Origin: Eubacteriales bacterium
GTDB taxonomy: Bacteria > Bacillota > Clostridia > Oscillospirales > CAG-272
DNA: 61,217 nucleotides
Reading direction: 5' to 3'
Assembly (NCBI GenBank): GCA_045537015.1
Contig: JAZSOQ010000114.1
Coordinates: 1 to 61,217, forward strand
The translations under genes and the position numbers were made by a program. Below the pieces are notes generated by a model. The model saw only the letters and a program-made list of their open reading frames with translations. It searched no databases and was not told where the DNA came from. Within the stretch, counting starts at the first letter, position 1, and every line of letters starts with the position of its first letter. Below are positions 57,142-61,217 of the stretch, piece after piece.

Positions 57142-57478
57142 TGCATCTACCTCCGCCGCCGACCTCAAGGGGCAAATCGAGGGTTGAGAACAAAGTTCCT
57201 CTTTTCAGCGCCCTTTCGTGGTCATAAAGACAGTCAAAATCCTGAAGCGGTGCGTACACACTTCCGTGCGGGTGATCAGTCAAGCCGTAGCGGCTCTTCA
57301 TACCCGTGCCGTAGCCGTCGGAGCAGGACTCGGATGCACGGCGATTGAGAGTTTCACCGTAGCTTCCCTCGATATTCGCTCTGTCGGAGCAGCTACAGGA
57401 ATTCCGCTCCCTGTGCTGATGCCTGCAGGCGCCGCGGCTGACCTCAAAGCCCGCGCCTCCAATATTGTATTTATTCAT
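57134..57478 (-). CDS. cotJA: spore coat-associated protein CotJA
   Basis: 114 aa. C-terminal CotJA block YAPLQDFDCLYDHERALKRGTLFSTLDLP. GGAAGG SD. Confidence 0.8.
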   Translation of the reverse strand: MNKYNIGGAGFEVSRGACRHQHRERNSCSCSDRANIEGSYGETLNRRASESCSDGYGTGMKSRYGLTDHPHGSVYAPLQDFDCLYDHERALKRGTLFSTLDLPLEVGGGGRCNG

Positions 57479-57550
57479 TATCGACCTTCCTTTCTTTGCG
57501 TTCTCAATAGTATTCTATGCAAAGAAACAGAAAATGTCACAATTAGTCGA

Positions 57551-57576
57551 AAAAGAAAAACGGCTTGCGCCGTTTT
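57551..57576 (-). terminator. small terminator hairpin just outside the left IR arm
   Basis: AACGGC-TTGC-GCCGTT followed by TTTTTCTTTT on the - strand. Confidence 0.55.
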
Positions 57577-57583
57577 AAGTGAA

Positions 57584-57617
57584 CAGTGGTTAGTGGACAG
57601 TGGACAGAAAGATGCGA
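57584..57617. repeat. left arm of a perfect 34-bp inverted repeat bracketing the four-helix-bundle ORF
   Basis: CAGTGGTTAGTGGACAGTGGACAGAAAGATGCGA is the exact reverse complement of 57999..58032. The arm itself contains three tandem heptamers, (C/T)AGTGG(T/A). Confidence 0.97.
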
Positions 57618-57625
57618 TTTTGGGG

Positions 57626-57991
57626 TCATTGTTCTTCGGAAAGTCTGTTGATAAGTGCAACAAGCATTTTTGATATTTCCGACGAAGCGGATTTTGCACG
57701 CAAGGTTTGATTCGCAGATAAGTAGCCGACTTTTTCACAGATTAACAGTTGAGTGAAAAGTTCTGAATTTGAACCCCTTGCAATACTTAAAAATTGGATA
57801 AATTCTTTTGTCTTGTTTCTTGATTGACCTTCCGCAATATTGGAAGGAATAGAAACAGCCACACGCCTCATTTGATCGGCTAAAGCATAAATTTCTTCTT
57901 TTGGCAATAATTTTACGAGCTTGTATATTTCGATGGCAAGATCCATAGATTTTTGCCAAACGATCATATCCTTATAGCTTTTTATATTCAT
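57626..57991 (-). CDS. four-helix-bundle protein (23S rRNA intervening-sequence protein / Avd-like family)
   Basis: About 121 aa from ATG 57991. Family pattern SYKDMIVWQKSMDLAIEIYKLVKLLPKEEIYALADQMRRVAVSIPSNIAEGQSR...EFIQFLSIARGSNSEL.TQL. Visibly AT-rich relative to its flanks. Confidence 0.85.
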   Translation of the reverse strand: MNIKSYKDMIVWQKSMDLAIEIYKLVKLLPKEEIYALADQMRRVAVSIPSNIAEGQSRNKTKEFIQFLSIARGSNSELFTQLLICEKVGYLSANQTLRAKSASSEISKMLVALINRLSEEQ

Positions 57992-57998
57992 TATATAT

Positions 57999-58032
57999 TC
58001 GCATCTTTCTGTCCACTGTCCACTAACCACTG
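57999..58032. repeat. right arm of the perfect 34-bp inverted repeat
   Basis: TCGCATCTTTCTGTCCACTGTCCACTAACCACTG. Complementarity extends a further 12 nt outward with 2 mismatches (57572-57583 / 58033-58044). Confidence 0.97.
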
Positions 58033-58037
58033 TCCAC

Positions 58038-58072
58038 TAAAAACACCACAAGCCCCGTGCTTTAACGGGGCT
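58038..58072 (-). terminator. putative terminator after the zinc-ribbon gene
   Basis: AGCCCCG/CGGGGCT stem. The T-run on the - strand begins about 8 nt further on. Confidence 0.5.
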
Positions 58073-58101
58073 ATATGGCGTTCTGAAAAGAGCTGACCGA
58101 A

Positions 58102-58437
58102 TTACTGGGGTCTTCTTCTCTTTTCGAAGCAAGCGCTGCAATAAACGGGCTTGTCGCTCGAGGGCTCAAATGTGAGCTTTGCCTCAGCACCGCACTCGCT
58201 GCAGGTTGCGTAGAAATACTGTCTTGCGGGACGATTTGCGTTCTTCTTAGCGTCACGGCAAGTCTTGCATCTCTTGGGCTTGTTGGTGTAGCCCTTCTCA
58301 GCATAGAAAGCCTGCTCGCCTGCGGTAAATACAAATTCATTACCGCACTCTACGCAAACGAGAGTTTCGTCAACGTATTCTACTGCTGCTGTTTCTTCGG
58401 TTTCGGTACCTTCGACCTTGACTTCTTCGTCGTACAT
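58102..58437 (-). CDS. zinc-ribbon protein with CxxC-x17-CxxC module
   Basis: 111 aa. CVECGNEFVFTAGEQAFYAEKGYTNKPKRCKTCR followed by CSECG-x17-CSAC. Confidence 0.75.
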   Translation of the reverse strand: MYDEEVKVEGTETEETAAVEYVDETLVCVECGNEFVFTAGEQAFYAEKGYTNKPKRCKTCRDAKKNANRPARQYFYATCSECGAEAKLTFEPSSDKPVYCSACFEKRRRPQ

Positions 58438-58539
58438 GTTCTACCTCGTGAAAAATATGTGATAGTTGCCCGTCGGCGGACTCACACCGCCACCTTTGTT
58501 GTTACAACGCTCTTTTTAAGCTATTCGAGCATATTAGGG

Positions 58540-59136
58540 TTAAGATAATAAGGTACGCAATTTACGCTTGATCCTTGCTATTGCGTTGCTGACCGATTTT
58601 TTGGACGTGTTAAGGCTTTCCGCGATCTCGTCGATGCTCATTCCGGAATAATGCATCCACCAGACGGAGTTTTCATATTTCGAAAGATTCTCTCTGATGA
58701 ACGCGCGGAGTTCTGCCGCATTTTCCTTCTCGATGACGGAGGTAGCGGGATCGCCCGTGATGAATTCCGAAGGTTCAATCTCGTCAAGCGGAATAACCAC
58801 AACACCCGCGTTCTTTTTGAACTGGCGCAACGCGGAAACAAGAGCCTTACCGACACAGATCTTGGCATAAAGGCCAAAGCTTACATTGCCGTAAAGAAGC
58901 TCATAGCTCTGAACGGCGCGGTGGAAAGCGAGGAGCGCCTCCTGGTGAAGCTCCTCCACGTCCTGCTCGCAAAGATCGGACTTGTAGGAGGCTACGGCGG
59001 CATCAAGCATGGGCTTGTATTCCTCGGCAAGGCGCGCGAAAGCATCCCCATCCCCTTCCTTGGCAAGAAGCAGCAAGCCTGTATGAGATGCGGACATGAG
59101 GCTCTTCTCTTTTTCGGGAGTGGAATAATGCGTCAC
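58540..59136 (-). CDS. sigma-70 family RNA polymerase sigma factor (group 4-like)
   Basis: 198 aa. GTG start with GGAGG 5 nt upstream. Region 2 (LLLLAKEGDGDAFARLAEEYKPML...EALLAFHRAV) and region 4 HTH (MSIDEIAESLNTSKKSVSNAIARIKRKL). Confidence 0.8.
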   Translation of the reverse strand: MTHYSTPEKEKSLMSASHTGLLLLAKEGDGDAFARLAEEYKPMLDAAVASYKSDLCEQDVEELHQEALLAFHRAVQSYELLYGNVSFGLYAKICVGKALVSALRQFKKNAGVVVIPLDEIEPSEFITGDPATSVIEKENAAELRAFIRENLSKYENSVWWMHYSGMSIDEIAESLNTSKKSVSNAIARIKRKLRTLLS

Positions 59137-59192
59137 GTAAACCTCCGCGGAAAAATGTCACTTCAACAATATGCATAAATCCGCTTATACAC

Positions 59193-59220
59193 ATTATACC
59201 ATTTTTTTCGAAAATGTCAA
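59193..59220 (-). promoter_or_regulatory. sigma-A type promoter of the sigma-factor gene
   Basis: On the - strand: TTGACA, a 16-nt spacer ending in TGG, then TATAAT. Confidence 0.65.
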
Positions 59221-59303
59221 TAGATAAATTCAACTTTTTTTGCGATTTATTCAAAAAAACTTAAATTTCCGACGAAATGTTCATAAAATATGACGATTTT
59301 CTA

Positions 59304-59332
59304 TTGACAAGCCGCTAAAAACGTGATATAAT
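59304..59332 (+). promoter_or_regulatory. sigma-A type promoter of the membrane zinc-ribbon protein gene
   Basis: TTGACA, a 17-nt spacer ending in TGA, then TATAAT. Confidence 0.7.
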
Positions 59333-59361
59333 ATGATTAGCCAATCAAACGAAAGGTAAAT

Positions 59362-59940
59362 ATGTTTATGACTATTGAAGAAAAAGTTAAAAAACCGCAC
59401 ATGATACGCCTTGCCGTATGGGCTGTTCTTGTACTCATTATCAGCGCCATAGCGATATGCTACCACGCCTTTACCGACACGCATTTTGCCCCTGCAGCCT
59501 CCGCCGCTTGCGTGATATTCATCGCCGCTTTTGCGTTTTATCTGTTCGGTCTTTGGAATTATTTTACCGACAAGAGCTTTTCGGGCAAAATAATTCATTA
59601 CAAAGCGGATTGCAGGATTCACAAGATCAGCGCATTCGAGCGACGAATGGAAACAAGGATATTCGTCGAAATGACCGTTGAATGCGATGACGGCACGACC
59701 ACCGTGCATGAAGAAATGCTTTCTGGAGCTTTGTCAAAAAAGATACCCTACCGCGAAGGTGACCGAGTTTATCACATTAAGGGCGCGAAATACACCTGCC
59801 GATTTCCGCGTAACGATACCGAACAGAAATACGAACCCATAAGCGTCATCTGCCCTCTCTGCGGCGCGCTTCACACCCTCGGCACCAAGACCTGCACATT
59901 TTGTGAGAACGATCTGCCTTACGATCCATTGATAAAATAA
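59362..59940 (+). CDS. membrane protein with C-terminal zinc-ribbon, function unknown
   Basis: 192 aa. Two N-terminal TM helices, then a soluble domain ending CPLCGALHTLGTKTCTFC. Consensus TTGACA-17-TATAAT promoter upstream. Confidence 0.5.
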   Translation: MFMTIEEKVKKPHMIRLAVWAVLVLIISAIAICYHAFTDTHFAPAASAACVIFIAAFAFYLFGLWNYFTDKSFSGKIIHYKADCRIHKISAFERRMETRIFVEMTVECDDGTTTVHEEMLSGALSKKIPYREGDRVYHIKGAKYTCRFPRNDTEQKYEPISVICPLCGALHTLGTKTCTFCENDLPYDPLIK

Positions 59941-59944
59941 CATT

Positions 59945-59972
59945 TCCGCTCCTTTAAGGGGCGGATTTTTTC
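59945..59972 (+). terminator. rho-independent terminator after the membrane zinc-ribbon gene
   Basis: TCCGCTCC/GGGGCGGA stem followed by TTTTTT. Confidence 0.8.
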
Positions 59973-60077
59973 TTCTTTCCCTTGACTTGAAGCCTATAAT
60001 GTGGTATTATATTAATAGCACTTATAGGCTTTAAGTGTTCAAAACACACAAATAAATCAAACAAAGGAAATATAACT

Positions 60078-60740
60078 ATGTCAAAGATCAAGATACTCTT
60101 TATCGGCAACAGCCACACATATTACAACGATATGCCCGCGATCGCAAAGGATATTTTTGCGGCGGCGGGACTTGACGCTGAGGTCACTATGCTCACCCAG
60201 GGCGGCAAATGCCTTGACTGGCACTATGAGCAGAAGCAGACTCGCTTCAACATTCTCTACGGAGGCTATGACTATATCGTTCTGCAGAGCAGGGCGTCGA
60301 ATTTCGATCCCGAATCTTATCTTGAAAACGGCAAGAAAATATATGACGAATGGATCTCTAAGACCGATTCGACTCCCATCCTTTATATGGTCTGGTCGAA
60401 CAAGGGCAGAAAGAAGGAGCAGCCCGCGCTGACCGAGGCAAACGTTGAGCTTGCGAAATATATGAACGGTCGCGTTGCTCCCGCGGGTGAGATCTGGCAG
60501 ACCGTGCTCCGCCGCCGTCCCGCTCCCGAGCTTTACCGCGAGGACGGTAACCACGCGACTCCCACCGGCTCCTATCTTGCCGCGGCTTCGATCTTCTATG
60601 CGATCACCGAGCGTCGCCGTGCGCTTAGAGTAAACGAGGGCGATGAGCCCCACACCAAACTCGGAATCGACGAAAAGACCGCGGCTGCCATCCATACCAT
60701 CGCCTGCAGACTCTCGCTCGCTTACAACGAAAAGGAATGA
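60078..60740 (+). CDS. SGNH/GDSL-like hydrolase family protein
   Basis: 220 aa. Block I FIGNSHTYYN (Ser nucleophile context) and block V DGNHATPTGSYLAA. Confidence 0.6.
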   Translation: MSKIKILFIGNSHTYYNDMPAIAKDIFAAAGLDAEVTMLTQGGKCLDWHYEQKQTRFNILYGGYDYIVLQSRASNFDPESYLENGKKIYDEWISKTDSTPILYMVWSNKGRKKEQPALTEANVELAKYMNGRVAPAGEIWQTVLRRRPAPELYREDGNHATPTGSYLAAASIFYAITERRRALRVNEGDEPHTKLGIDEKTAAAIHTIACRLSLAYNEKE

Positions 60741-61217
60741 AAATAGGAAACACAAACCTGCCTTACGGGCTTCTTCTTGCCCCGATGGCGGGAGTGACCG
60801 ACCGCACTATGCGGCACATCTCGGGTGAATTCGGATGCGAATATGCCGTAAGTGAGATGGTGTCTGCCAAGGCGATAGTCTACGAGCAGGATGCGCGCCC
60901 AAGCGCACCGATCAGAACCGCACAGCTTTGCAATATCGAAGAGGGTGCTATACCGACCGCGGTTCAGATCTTCGGTTCTGAGCCCGAATTTATGGCAGAG
61001 GCGGCGCGGCTCATCTCGAACAGTGCATACCGAGGATTTGAGGGTACGCGTCCCGATGCGATCGACACCAATATGTGTTGTCCCGTTAAAAAGGTAGTTC
61101 AGAGCGGTGACGGCAGCGCGCTGATGAAAAATCCCGAGCTCATTCACAGAATAACCGAGGCTGTTGTCAAAGCCTCTTCCCTGCCCGTCACGGTCAAGAT
61201 ACGCGCGGGATGGAATA
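60737..61217 (+). CDS. dus: tRNA-dihydrouridine synthase (5' part, runs off the window)
   Basis: The ATG overlaps the upstream stop (ATGA). The translation MKIGNTNLPYGLLLAPMAGVTDRTMRHI...QIFGSEPEFMAEAA...DAIDTNMCCPVKKVV..GDGSALMKNPEL matches the Dus family. It is absent from the ORF track because no stop is reached. Confidence 0.85.
   Translation, partial: MKIGNTNLPYGLLLAPMAGVTDRTMRHISGEFGCEYAVSEMVSAKAIVYEQDARPSAPIRTAQLCNIEEGAIPTAVQIFGSEPEFMAEAARLISNSAYRGFEGTRPDAIDTNMCCPVKKVVQSGDGSALMKNPELIHRITEAVVKASSLPVTVKIRAGWN

Noticed and set aside
57626-57991. Avd-like four-helix-bundle gene as a marker of a diversity-generating retroelement.
   Set aside because: There is no reverse-transcriptase ORF, no template/variable repeat pair and no C-type-lectin or Ig-like target gene with an A-mutated repeat within the window. 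Only the stand-alone cassette is supported.

Overview
This 61-kb chromosomal window comes from an endospore-forming Bacillota (Clostridia-like) genome. That assignment rests on spoIIE, pro-sigma-K, spoVAD/spoVAEB, cotJABC and a CIRCE-controlled groES-groEL. About 50 genes are densely packed, and most have recognisable SD sites, near-consensus sigma-A promoters and hairpin terminators. Housekeeping genes (glyA, groESL, hom, rlmH, galK, a phosphohexomutase, a partial dus gene) are interleaved with an unusually lipoprotein-rich accessory set:
- four intact copies and one decayed copy of a ~500-aa solute-binding-protein-like lipoprotein, with no ABC permease or ATPase in the window;
- a tandem triplication of a ~627-aa lipoprotein carrying a ComEC-type metallo-beta-lactamase domain;
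- an alkaline-phosphatase lipoprotein that shares its N-terminal module with those three paralogs;
- an EEP-family lipoprotein;
- three large surface proteins with Pro/Glu/Thr tandem repeats.

I saw no rRNA, tRNA, CRISPR array, transposase, integrase, reverse transcriptase or recognisable defence gene. The most unusual structures are:
- a 449-bp AT-rich cassette in which a four-helix-bundle (23S-rRNA-IVS/Avd-like) ORF is bracketed within 7-8 nt by perfect 34-bp inverted repeats (57584-58032);
- the MBL-lipoprotein triplication (37431-43460);
- the orphan SBP-like family with a start-less, internally deleted remnant (13229-13599);
- an AT-rich module pairing an XRE regulator with a HExxH lipoprotein (2976-5328).

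All calls come from motif recognition by eye. No database search or numeric computation was run. The many long antisense ORFs in the track are judged spurious.
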